Below are positions 9,078-17,659 of a stretch of DNA of 64,000 bases, one piece after another. Position 1 is the first letter of the stretch, and every line of letters starts with the position of its first letter. Made by a program: the position numbers and the translations under genes. This DNA comes from Patescibacteria group bacterium (GTDB lineage Bacteria; Patescibacteriota; Minisyncoccia; Phycocordibacterales; GCA-2747955), in NCBI GenBank assembly GCA_048538215.1, contig JBLYPV010000001.1:254196-318195 (forward strand), written 5' to 3'. The notes below the pieces were generated by a model. The model ran no database searches. It was given only the letters and a program-made list of their open reading frames with translations, and was not told the DNA's origin.

Positions 9078-9083
9078 TCTGCC

Positions 9084-10727
9084 TTAAGTCATTCCTGCTT
9101 GCTTGAGCGTTTCTTCTGCCATCTTGATAGCTACTTCTTGGGTACTGGCTATACAAATAAAATCACCAGAGCGATGGCAAAATATTGCCCCCTCAATACC
9201 CGACGCTTGCTCCAATGCCTCACCTCGAAGCCCCCACCACTTTCTTGGAAAGCTTAGTCGGCCTCTGAATTTGTAATCAGTTTTGGGCACGGTAGCTACT
9301 CCCCAAGTGGGGGAATCTGTATCCCCTTGTGGAGAAATAATGAGCCGAGTATCTTCAAAGCGAGAAAAATAATCTCGCCCAATCGGCTCTCGCAAAACAA
9401 TCATCTGCTTATCCGCTGCATCCGCATAAGCCCGGCCAGCTTTCCTTCGCTGTTCTACACGGTATTTTGCTTGTTCAACTATACGAGGTAATAGATATTT
9501 TGCCCATTCAACCGCATCATAAAATCTGCTATTTTGTACATAATTATTCCGCTTATCAGAATAATTATAGTATTGTCCAATCACCTCTTGAATGGTGATT
9601 GGACTAATTCCTAAATCATTAAGGTTATATATTTCTTGCCCATTATCTTCCGCATCAATAGCTTGTATAAATTGCTGATCTACCTCATCAACAATGTCTT
9701 GATTATTTTCACATAGTCTAATACCATAATGTTGCCAGATAAGCCCGAGTGAAGCGTAGCCTATTCCATTTGCACGCTCACCTGCTCCAGCAAATTGGTG
9801 ATGATCAAATAAATGATAAGCTGGATCGTAGGCATCACCTATATCAATAAGATAGACCTCCTCTCCTGCTCGTGCTTTTTTGCGGGCAAATTCAATCCGC
9901 TCTTGATTGCGAGTACGGATTACCTTGTACCGCCGTTGTTGTTGCTTGAGTACAAGCTCTAATACTGCTATGGCGAGCACCTCATCGGCATGAAACTTTC
10001 CATCATGGGTATAAATCCACACTGTAGGGCGCAGATAAGCAGAAAAATAAAAAATAAAAAGTGCCGCTAGAATGAGCCCAGCTACAGCAAAGAAGGCGAA
10101 GAGAAGAGCTTCTTCCCCACTCGTAAGCGCCTTGGGCCCAAAAGAAAAAATAAAGGTAAAAGGAATAATACCCAAGGCGGTAGCAAAAAAATATTTTGGG
10201 AAGGATATTTTACTCACCAAGCCCACTGCATAGGAAAGCACATCAGCAGGCACCACAATACGAAGCAATACAAGTACCCAAAAATCCATATTTTTAGGCA
10301 TACGCTCTTCGAGCTTCTCAATTCGCTTGAGTGAGAAAAGCCGTCCTACCAAGGGCTTGCCCCAGCGACGAGCAATCGCATAGGCTATTACCGATCCTAT
10401 AAGCCAGCTTATCCAGGTAGTAATAAAAATGGGCAACGCCCCCATTATCTCTGCCATAAAAGGCACGATGACAGCAATAGAGAGCGGTGCAAAGACTATA
10501 GCAGCTATCGTTGCAAGTGCATAAAGAAAAAGTGAAATCCAGTAGCCATCTACCGATATGATCTGCTGTAGCCACTCAAGTGGATCATTCCAAAAAAGTG
10601 TGGCCATTATGGCTCCTGCGATGACAAAAATTACAGTGTAGGGTAAAACGATACGGGTAAACTGCTTGAGATTCATATAGTGTATTGTACCCGAGAGGAA
10701 TGTAATCACCAACGATACAAGCCTCAA
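9084..10727 (-). CDS. fusion protein: DedA/TVP38-like membrane domain plus MYG1/UPF0160 metal-dependent hydrolase domain
   Basis: N-terminal half multi-TM; C-terminal half contains WIYTHDGKFHADEVLAIAVL... typical of the MYG1 family. Confidence 0.65.
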   Translation of the reverse strand: MRLVSLVITFLSGTIHYMNLKQFTRIVLPYTVIFVIAGAIMATLFWNDPLEWLQQIISVDGYWISLFLYALATIAAIVFAPLSIAVIVPFMAEIMGALPIFITTWISWLIGSVIAYAIARRWGKPLVGRLFSLKRIEKLEERMPKNMDFWVLVLLRIVVPADVLSYAVGLVSKISFPKYFFATALGIIPFTFIFSFGPKALTSGEEALLFAFFAVAGLILAALFIFYFSAYLRPTVWIYTHDGKFHADEVLAIAVLELVLKQQQRRYKVIRTRNQERIEFARKKARAGEEVYLIDIGDAYDPAYHLFDHHQFAGAGERANGIGYASLGLIWQHYGIRLCENNQDIVDEVDQQFIQAIDAEDNGQEIYNLNDLGISPITIQEVIGQYYNYSDKRNNYVQNSRFYDAVEWAKYLLPRIVEQAKYRVEQRRKAGRAYADAADKQMIVLREPIGRDYFSRFEDTRLIISPQGDTDSPTWGVATVPKTDYKFRGRLSFPRKWWGLRGEALEQASGIEGAIFCHRSGDFICIASTQEVAIKMAEETLKQAGMT

Positions 10728-10781
10728 ATAAAATTAGGTATTAATCACTACACGTGTAGTGATTAATACCTAATTTTATTT
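10728..10781. terminator. about 52-bp perfect palindrome (AAAATTAGGTATTAATCACTACACG|TGTAGTGATTAATACCTAATTTT)
   Basis: Perfect dyad with A/T runs on both sides between secA and the downstream gene. Confidence 0.6.
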
Positions 10782-10854
10782 TCCAAACTTATAAATAATA
10801 GTGAAACAAAAAACCGCCTATACTTAGGTCGGCCAGATAAGTATCAAAAAGAAC

Positions 10855-10960
10855 AGTGCTAGAGGTGTCGACAAAGGGATGAGCCGAGCCCAATCCCTTC
10901 GCCTTCCTGATTGGAGCTTCATTCGTCCACGCTAGCAAGGGCTAGCTTGGGTCGGCGACA
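10855..10960. ncRNA. GC-rich structured intergenic element (candidate small RNA; closing stem GTGTCG...CGACAC with nested hairpins)
   Basis: About 100-nt GC-rich segment with multiple complementary stretches in a 334-bp AT-rich gap downstream of secA. Confidence 0.3.
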
Positions 10961-11061
10961 CGTGAGATCATTCCTTTACAAAAGTTGTGAAATACTTCAT
11001 TTCCTCTCTCCCTATTCTAGGCGCATAGCGCCTTATCTTGCCTTTCAAGTAAGATTCCCAT

Positions 11062-13554
11062 TTATCTATTCCTCTTCGCTCTTCGGCGAGCTGCTCTATT
11101 TCCCCCCTGACTTGCCGAGCTCTTGTGTATAGCAGGTTGTGCTCGAGCCTTTGCTTCCGCTTGTGTCTTTAGTGATTGTTGGGTGATGCGATCCATCTCT
11201 TGTTTTCGTGCTTGGGCTCGCTCTTCAAGCTGTTCTAATGATTCTGCTTCAAGCCCTTCGAGAGTAGTGATCGTTTGTGTATCAATATCAGCCAACATCT
11301 GCTTGAAAAACATAAGTCCTTCTCGCTTGTATTCAATAAGTGGATCCTTTTGTCCATATGCTCGAAGCGATACAGACGAGCGTAGCATATCCATGGTATC
11401 CAGGTGCTCCATCCAATAAGTATTAATAGCTTCTAGATATACTTTGCGGAAGAGAGTAAGAAATTGCGCCTTCCCCATCACGCTTTCTTTTGCTTCTTGT
11501 ACTTCTTTTATTTGTGCTTGTGTAGTGGCAATTTCTTGAATAAGCGCCTCTACTTCCTCATCGCTCCCCACAAGCACCGTGCGTCGCTTGCCATACACTG
11601 TAATACGCTGAGTATTTAAGACATCATCAAATTGCAAAATATGCTTACGAGAATCAAAGTGCATTCCTTCAATTCTAGTTTGGGCATTTTCGAGTGAGCG
11701 TGAAATCATTCGGTGCTCAATAGGTTCATCTTCGGCAAGCCCCATTCTCCCCATCATATTCTTCACCATATCCCCCGCAAAAATACGCATCATATCGTCT
11801 TCAAGTGAAACATAAAATTGCGTTTCACCTGGGTCTCCTTGTCGCCCAGATCGTCCACGAAGCTGATTATCAATACGCCGTGCATCGTGTCGCTCAGTAC
11901 CAATTACATAAAGCCCTCCTAGGGCTACCACTTCTTTGTACTCATCTTCTGTCGCCTCAGCTCCCCCGAGCTTGATATCTACTCCACGCCCCGCCATATT
12001 AGTAGCGACAGTCACTGCTCCCTTCTTTCCTGCATTTGCGATGACGCCCCCCTCCTGCTCATGCTTCTTAGCATTGAGCACCGTATGCCTAATCCCCTCT
12101 CTATCTAGAAATTGTGATAGTGACTCAGATTTTTCTACAGTAATAGTACCAATCAAGACGGGCTGACCTTTTTGATTAAGCTCTTTGACCTTTTTGGCAA
12201 TAGCCATAAATTTGCCCCGCTCTGTTTGAAAAATTAAATCATTTTTATCTATTCGTGCGACTGGGCGATGTGTAGGCACAAGAGCTACATCAAGATTGTA
12301 CACTTTGTAAAATTCCTCGGCGCTCGTTTCTGCAGTACCTGTCATACCACAAAGCGTCTCGTACATACGGAAGTAGTTCTGGTAAGTTACCGAGGCTACT
12401 GTTTTCATCTCAGACTGAATAGGCAAGCCCTCCTTGGCCTCGATTGCCTGATGAATTCCCTCACTCCAGCGTCTGCCTGGCTGTAGTCGTCCGGTAGATT
12501 CATCTACAATCACTACTTGATTGTTCTGGATCACATACTCTCGCTCAGAGTGGTAGAGTGCCTTGGCACGCACGGCTGTTTCCAAGTGATGTACATAGGT
12601 AATGCCTCTGTCGGTATAAAGATTCTCTATTCCTAAAGCTTGCTCGGCAACTTCGATTCCTGCATCGGTGAGTGCCACCTGACGCATCTTTTCATCTACA
12701 ATATAGTGCTCACCTTCTTTCATTCGGCTGGTAATTTGGGCAAACTGTGCATACAAATTTTCTGTCTCCTCTACAGAGGAAGAGATAATGAGCGGTGTTC
12801 GAGCATCATCAATCAAAATACTATCGATCTCATCCACCACCGCATATGCAAGCTCTCGCTGGCGTAAATGGCTCGCATCAAATTCGAGATTATCACGCAG
12901 GTAATCAAAGCCAAACTCACTATTGGTACCATAGGTAATATCACATTCGTATGATTCTTTGCGAGTACTTGCTCGTAAGAATTCATGGATTACCCTATAT
13001 GCCCCCACCTGGTCTCGTTCTTCGTCGTGCTCTACTCGTGCAGAAGAATCATAGACATAGCTTTGATTCTCACCATTGATCACCCCTACCGAAAGCCCCA
13101 GCCGAGCATAAATTTGCCCTACCCATACTGCATCTCGTCGTGCCAAATAATCGTTGACTGTCACCACATGCACCCCCCGCCCCTCAAGGGCACGCAAGTA
13201 TACTGGCAAGGTAGCCACGAGGGTCTTTCCTTCACCTGTTTTCATCTCGGTAATCTTGCCTTGGAAAAGTAGGATGCCACCAGTGAGCTGAACATCAAAA
13301 TGTCGAAGTCCTGTTTCTCGTACTGATGCCTCTCGTACAAGAGCAAAGGCTTCGGGTAGTAGTGATTCCAGTGTTTCCCCCGATTGTAAGCGTGATTTAA
13401 ATTCAGCCGTCTTAGCTCTGAGTGCTTCATCACTCAAGGCTTGCATTTCTCCTTCCAATGCATTGATCTTTTGTACCAGTGGCTTCGTTTTCTTAGCTGC
13501 ACCGGTAGCGTTGTCACCCAAATATTTTTTGATGTTACTAATTTTGTCTAACAT
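11062..13554 (-). CDS. secA: preprotein translocase ATPase SecA
   Basis: 830 aa, DEAD-like motor motifs, typical SecA N-terminus MLDKISNIKKYLGD. Confidence 0.95.
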   Translation of the reverse strand: MLDKISNIKKYLGDNATGAAKKTKPLVQKINALEGEMQALSDEALRAKTAEFKSRLQSGETLESLLPEAFALVREASVRETGLRHFDVQLTGGILLFQGKITEMKTGEGKTLVATLPVYLRALEGRGVHVVTVNDYLARRDAVWVGQIYARLGLSVGVINGENQSYVYDSSARVEHDEERDQVGAYRVIHEFLRASTRKESYECDITYGTNSEFGFDYLRDNLEFDASHLRQRELAYAVVDEIDSILIDDARTPLIISSSVEETENLYAQFAQITSRMKEGEHYIVDEKMRQVALTDAGIEVAEQALGIENLYTDRGITYVHHLETAVRAKALYHSEREYVIQNNQVVIVDESTGRLQPGRRWSEGIHQAIEAKEGLPIQSEMKTVASVTYQNYFRMYETLCGMTGTAETSAEEFYKVYNLDVALVPTHRPVARIDKNDLIFQTERGKFMAIAKKVKELNQKGQPVLIGTITVEKSESLSQFLDREGIRHTVLNAKKHEQEGGVIANAGKKGAVTVATNMAGRGVDIKLGGAEATEDEYKEVVALGGLYVIGTERHDARRIDNQLRGRSGRQGDPGETQFYVSLEDDMMRIFAGDMVKNMMGRMGLAEDEPIEHRMISRSLENAQTRIEGMHFDSRKHILQFDDVLNTQRITVYGKRRTVLVGSDEEVEALIQEIATTQAQIKEVQEAKESVMGKAQFLTLFRKVYLEAINTYWMEHLDTMDMLRSSVSLRAYGQKDPLIEYKREGLMFFKQMLADIDTQTITTLEGLEAESLEQLEERAQARKQEMDRITQQSLKTQAEAKARAQPAIHKSSASQGGNRAARRRAKRNR

Positions 13555-13664
13555 ATCGTGCTCGTTATTGTACCACTTTTTCTCTTATCACCCAGTAGAG
13601 GAAACTACAGGGTCTTCTATGTACTACTATTTAAATAGAGTGCAAAAATGCTATAGTTTACTAT

Positions 13665-14477
13665 ATGATTGAAAGCCGATGGATGCCCAAGCTCAAAGAT
13701 GTGGCTGAAAGGCCCTATGCCTACACGAGTAATGCGGAGCTCGTGCGTAATCATCATAGCCAGGAGGTACTTCATGATGCTCATAAAAATCTTAGGCAAA
13801 TTTTTGCCACATTTCGAAAAGATAAAAATTTTATAGATTTATCAGGCAATCTAAAAAGTATCATCAATACCATTGAGCAAGAGTGTCAATCCCCTCTTCC
13901 TATACAATCCGAGCCGGCTTTTTTTGATTTCCAGGCGACTCTCTCAGAATTGCTCACTGATCATATGCACCTTCTGACCAAAGACGAATGGATAGATATC
14001 CAGGAGGACGCTCGCTATTTGTATGAAGCTATTCACACCAAGCCTGTTGTGTACGATCGCACCTTGATAGATGGAATGGATGAGGATCAATTACTTCTAC
14101 AAAGAAGCATTGATAATCATCATCAGTTATTTGCAAGCAGAATGAAGATGTTTGTATCTCAAACAGAAACAATTATTCGAGAGTTTGTTGCTGAATATAG
14201 AGACGATCCCGAACAAGGCCTACTCGAAGGCCTTACAAAAATTATGAGAAATATTCGTGAGGAATGGAATAAACTACCAGATGAAAATTTTCAAAATATA
14301 CTAAGAGAAATGCGTGATCGTTGCTATAGCGAAATGACAGAAACCTTAGCTTTTATACGAAATCAAATAGAAACACTCCACCAACACGCCAAGATCAGCC
14401 CACAAAGCTACCAGCTACTTCGTGATAGCTTTGAATCTATCTATCAAAGCCCCAAGCAACTACCACACCAAGAATAA
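13665..14477 (+). CDS. hypothetical protein (270 aa)
   Basis: Intact ORF diverging from secA; no recognisable family. Confidence 0.5.
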   Translation: MIESRWMPKLKDVAERPYAYTSNAELVRNHHSQEVLHDAHKNLRQIFATFRKDKNFIDLSGNLKSIINTIEQECQSPLPIQSEPAFFDFQATLSELLTDHMHLLTKDEWIDIQEDARYLYEAIHTKPVVYDRTLIDGMDEDQLLLQRSIDNHHQLFASRMKMFVSQTETIIREFVAEYRDDPEQGLLEGLTKIMRNIREEWNKLPDENFQNILREMRDRCYSEMTETLAFIRNQIETLHQHAKISPQSYQLLRDSFESIYQSPKQLPHQE

Positions 14478-14538
14478 TAGGGATAAAGTGAATAACTTGG
14501 CATAAGCGCCTTCTCTTTCGTAGTGCTACAATAGTCCT

Positions 14539-16800
14539 ATGCAGGCTGATACCGACTTGAAACAAGTATTTCGCATAAGTTCTACTCAAGAAAAATCTCT
14601 CAAACGACTAGGCATAGAAAGCGTGAGAGATTTGCTCTATTATTTTCCCAAGCGATATGGTGACGCACAATCCTTTGCCCCGATTGCAGACCTTCGAGCA
14701 GGAGATACGCCAATAATTTATGCAGAGGTAAAATCCATTCGTGCTCGCAAAGCTTGGCACAACAAACAAAATCTTACAGAAGCTACGCTTGAAGATACAC
14801 GAGGAGATACGATCAAAGCAATTTGGTTTGCCCAGCCCTATATTAGTAAGAAGCTCGATATAGGTAGCCAGGCACGATTTATGGGAGTCATCAATGAGCG
14901 CAATGGCGCACTCGCCATAATCAATCCTGAATTTGAACGACTCAAAGAGATTCCCATTGAACAGAGTGGTAATCTCTTTGCTGATGACGCCAAGGCACTC
15001 GAGCAAACCCTCTACCCGGTATACAAAGAAACAAAAGGTATCACAAGCAAATGGATATATCACCATATCCAATCATTATTTGCCAAGGGTATTTTAGATT
15101 CGATACAGGATCCAATTCCTCAAGATATTCTAGAAAGATACCGTCTACCTTCACTTGCTCATGCTCTGCAGTATATTCACGGACCACGAAAGCAGGGTGA
15201 TGCTGATGTTGCCCGCAAGCGTTTTGCCTTCGAGGAAATGTTTTTTGCCCAACTTGTACGAATGGAAGAGCGAGCAAAATATGAAGCATCTGGAGCTTTT
15301 GCTATCAGTGAGACGAGTAGCGAAAAGATAGACTCATTCACCAATTCCCTTCCCTTTGTACTCACTTCTGGGCAAAAGAAAGCCACTGAGGCTATCTTGA
15401 GCGATATGCGCTCAGATACACCGATGTCTCGCCTCCTGGAGGGTGATGTGGGAAGTGGTAAAACAATCATTGCTGCCATAGCTTCTTTTGCAGCTATAAG
15501 CTCTCGCCCTAAAGATCAATCTGTGGGCTATCTACAAGTAGCCTATATGGCACCTACTGAGATTTTAGCTAAGCAAATTTTTGAAGAATTCTGCTCACTC
15601 TTTGCTGATTTTCCTGTCCAGATTGGGCTTATTACTGGTAATGAATGCAAAAAATATCCAAGTAAAACATCAGCACAAGCAACCACTGTGAGTAAATCAC
15701 AGCTTCTCAAATGGGTGCTCAATGGTGAGATACAGATCCTCATAGGCACCCACGCTCTTATCAGCAAGCAAGTATATTTTGAAAATTTAGGGCTAGTGAT
15801 TGTCGATGAGCAACACCGCTTTGGTAAAAAACAGCGAGCAGCACTTCGCAATAAGGGAGCTCTCAAATCAGCAGACAAGAAGACAGCCGATAAAAAAACA
15901 ATGCTCGGCAAGATGCAAAACTCAAAGATACAAAAAAAAGGAGTGGTGAATAATGATGATATTCTTCCTCACCTTCTATCAATGTCGGCTACCCCCATTC
16001 CTCGTACCCTCGCCCTCACTATATATGGAGATTTAGATCTCACTATTCTCGATGAGCTCCCACCGGGACGGCAAAAGATCCAGACCTCCCTTGTGCGACC
16101 AGGAAAGCGTGAAGATGCCTATGAGACAATCCGTACCGAGCTTCAAGCGGGGCGTCAGGCCTATGTCATTTGTCCTAGAATTGACGAGGCCGACCCTAGT
16201 CGCATTGGTGCTATCCACGCAGTAGCTGCAGAAAGTGAAGCCAAGCGACTACAGGCAGATGTTTTCCCAGAATATCGAGTAGGGGTGGTGCATGGTAAAT
16301 TACATAAAAATAAAAAGGAGGAAGTGATGAATGCTTTTAGGGATCACGAATTGGATATTTTGGTGGCCACCTCAGTAATCGAAGTGGGAGTAAATGTGCC
16401 CAATGCTACTTCTATTATTATCGAAGGAGCGGAGCGATTTGGTTTGGCCCAGCTACACCAGCTTCGTGGCCGAGTCATGCGATCCTCCCACAAGCCCTAC
16501 TGCTATATTTTTTCAGATAGCCAAAATGAAGATAGTCTCAAACGATTGCACGCTCTAACCACTAATTCAAATGGCTTTGCTTTGGCTGAAGCCGATTTAG
16601 AATCTCGTGGCTCAGGAGAATTACTAGGAGTGAAGCAATCAGGAATGAGCGACTTGGCAATGGAATCACTCAAAAATCTCAAGCTTGTGGAGGCCGCTCG
16701 CAAAGAGGCAATGGATATCATACAGAATGCTAGCCTCGAATCCCATCAAGCAATGCACCAACGATTTAGCGCAATCCAAGCCCAGGTGTATATGGAATAA
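14539..16800 (+). CDS. recG: ATP-dependent DNA helicase RecG
   Basis: Wedge/OB N-terminus, helicase motif I LEGDVGSGKT, DEQH box, helicase C-terminal domain. Confidence 0.9.
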   Translation: MQADTDLKQVFRISSTQEKSLKRLGIESVRDLLYYFPKRYGDAQSFAPIADLRAGDTPIIYAEVKSIRARKAWHNKQNLTEATLEDTRGDTIKAIWFAQPYISKKLDIGSQARFMGVINERNGALAIINPEFERLKEIPIEQSGNLFADDAKALEQTLYPVYKETKGITSKWIYHHIQSLFAKGILDSIQDPIPQDILERYRLPSLAHALQYIHGPRKQGDADVARKRFAFEEMFFAQLVRMEERAKYEASGAFAISETSSEKIDSFTNSLPFVLTSGQKKATEAILSDMRSDTPMSRLLEGDVGSGKTIIAAIASFAAISSRPKDQSVGYLQVAYMAPTEILAKQIFEEFCSLFADFPVQIGLITGNECKKYPSKTSAQATTVSKSQLLKWVLNGEIQILIGTHALISKQVYFENLGLVIVDEQHRFGKKQRAALRNKGALKSADKKTADKKTMLGKMQNSKIQKKGVVNNDDILPHLLSMSATPIPRTLALTIYGDLDLTILDELPPGRQKIQTSLVRPGKREDAYETIRTELQAGRQAYVICPRIDEADPSRIGAIHAVAAESEAKRLQADVFPEYRVGVVHGKLHKNKKEEVMNAFRDHELDILVATSVIEVGVNVPNATSIIIEGAERFGLAQLHQLRGRVMRSSHKPYCYIFSDSQNEDSLKRLHALTTNSNGFALAEADLESRGSGELLGVKQSGMSDLAMESLKNLKLVEAARKEAMDIIQNASLESHQAMHQRFSAIQAQVYME

Positions 16801-16813
16801 GTCACCATTTTGC

Positions 16814-17089
16814 TTAGCTAGTACGACTTTGTTTTTTGCGAAGCTCTTTGTATATTTTTTCACGAGTCTTTACTAATACTATTTTGATTCTTGTATTTTT
16901 TTCAAAGAAAATTACTCTATAGTCATCTCATCGTAATCTACAGAGGGGTTCGAATCCCTTGAGAAGTCGGGTATCATTTACCTCTCCCTTTCGTAATAAT
17001 TCTAATGTATGGGCAACTTGCTTTTGCTGTTTCTTAGGAAGAGATTGTATATATTCAAAAGATTGTTTTGAGAAATCTAATTTAATCAT
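16814..17089 (-). pseudogene. RelE/ParE-family toxin with a single in-frame TGA (codon 54)
   Basis: Translation MIKLDFSKQSFEYIQSLPKKQQKQVAHTLELLRKGEVNDTRLLKGFEPLCRLR*DDYRVIFFEKNTRIKIVLVKTREKIYKEL matches the RelE/ParE pattern (kkLkG...yRlRvGdyRviy...HRkdiY); TGA sits where the consensus has V/G. Confidence 0.7.
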
Positions 17090-17101
17090 TGAGCAAAGAT
17101 T

Positions 17102-17335
17102 TTAGAAATTCTCCGCTTTTTTTTGTACCAATAAACTCATTCTCTTCAAAAATAGGCTGCGCCCGACGGGCGAGATAAAATCTTCAAATGCCTCCATATC
17201 AGCGGTGGCAATCATATAAGCTGTTGGACGACCTCGTTTTGTTATAGCTACAGGAGATCAATATGCATCAATAAGCATCTCGCCAAATTTATTTTTTGCT
17301 TCGCTTGCTATATAAGTAGTAAACAATTTATTCAT
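17102..17335 (-). pseudogene. Phd/YefM-family antitoxin with a single in-frame TGA (codon 26)
   Basis: MNKLFTTYIASEAKNKFGEMLIDAY*SPVAITKRGRPTAYMIATADMEAFEDF...; 12-nt gap to the toxin start. Confidence 0.7.
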
Positions 17336-17471
17336 AGTCTATATGAATAGCCGAATTAGCTAATTCAGTCAATATCACTACATCAAATGTAGCTAGCTTA
17401 TCACTAAAAAATACGGCTAGCATAGCCGTATTCATAAGATAATTTATCCATTGCTGATATGAGAAAGAGAG

Positions 17472-17543
17472 TCCAACAGGCAGGGATCGAACCTGCGACC
17501 ACGAAGGTATAAGCTTCGCGCTCTACCACTGAGCTACTGTTGG
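17472..17543 (-). tRNA. tRNA with anticodon UAU (putative tRNA-Ile decoding AUA)
   Basis: Perfect cloverleaf CCAACAG/TA/GCTC-AGTGGTA-GAGC/G/CGAAG-CTTATAC-CTTCG/TGGTC/GCAGG-TTCGATC-CCTGC/CTGTTGG/A; anticodon loop CTTATAC puts TAT at positions 34-36. Confidence 0.7.
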
Positions 17544-17659
17544 ACTCTCGCTCCCATGTTGCTCGCTTACAGATAACAAGCTTCCGACTGACTCCTGCTC
17601 TCTTTGAGATATGTGCTCCGCTTATCACTTACGAGCCCCCCGATTATATCAGAAATTTG

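Noticed and set aside
16940-16975. GGTTCGAATCCC T-arm-like motif suggesting a tRNA or tmRNA fragment
   Set aside because: It lies inside the RelE/ParE toxin reading frame (encodes KGFEPL), and no cloverleaf can be completed.
17404-17628. 74-aa minus-strand ORF
   Set aside because: It overlaps the tRNA(UAU) gene and its leader.
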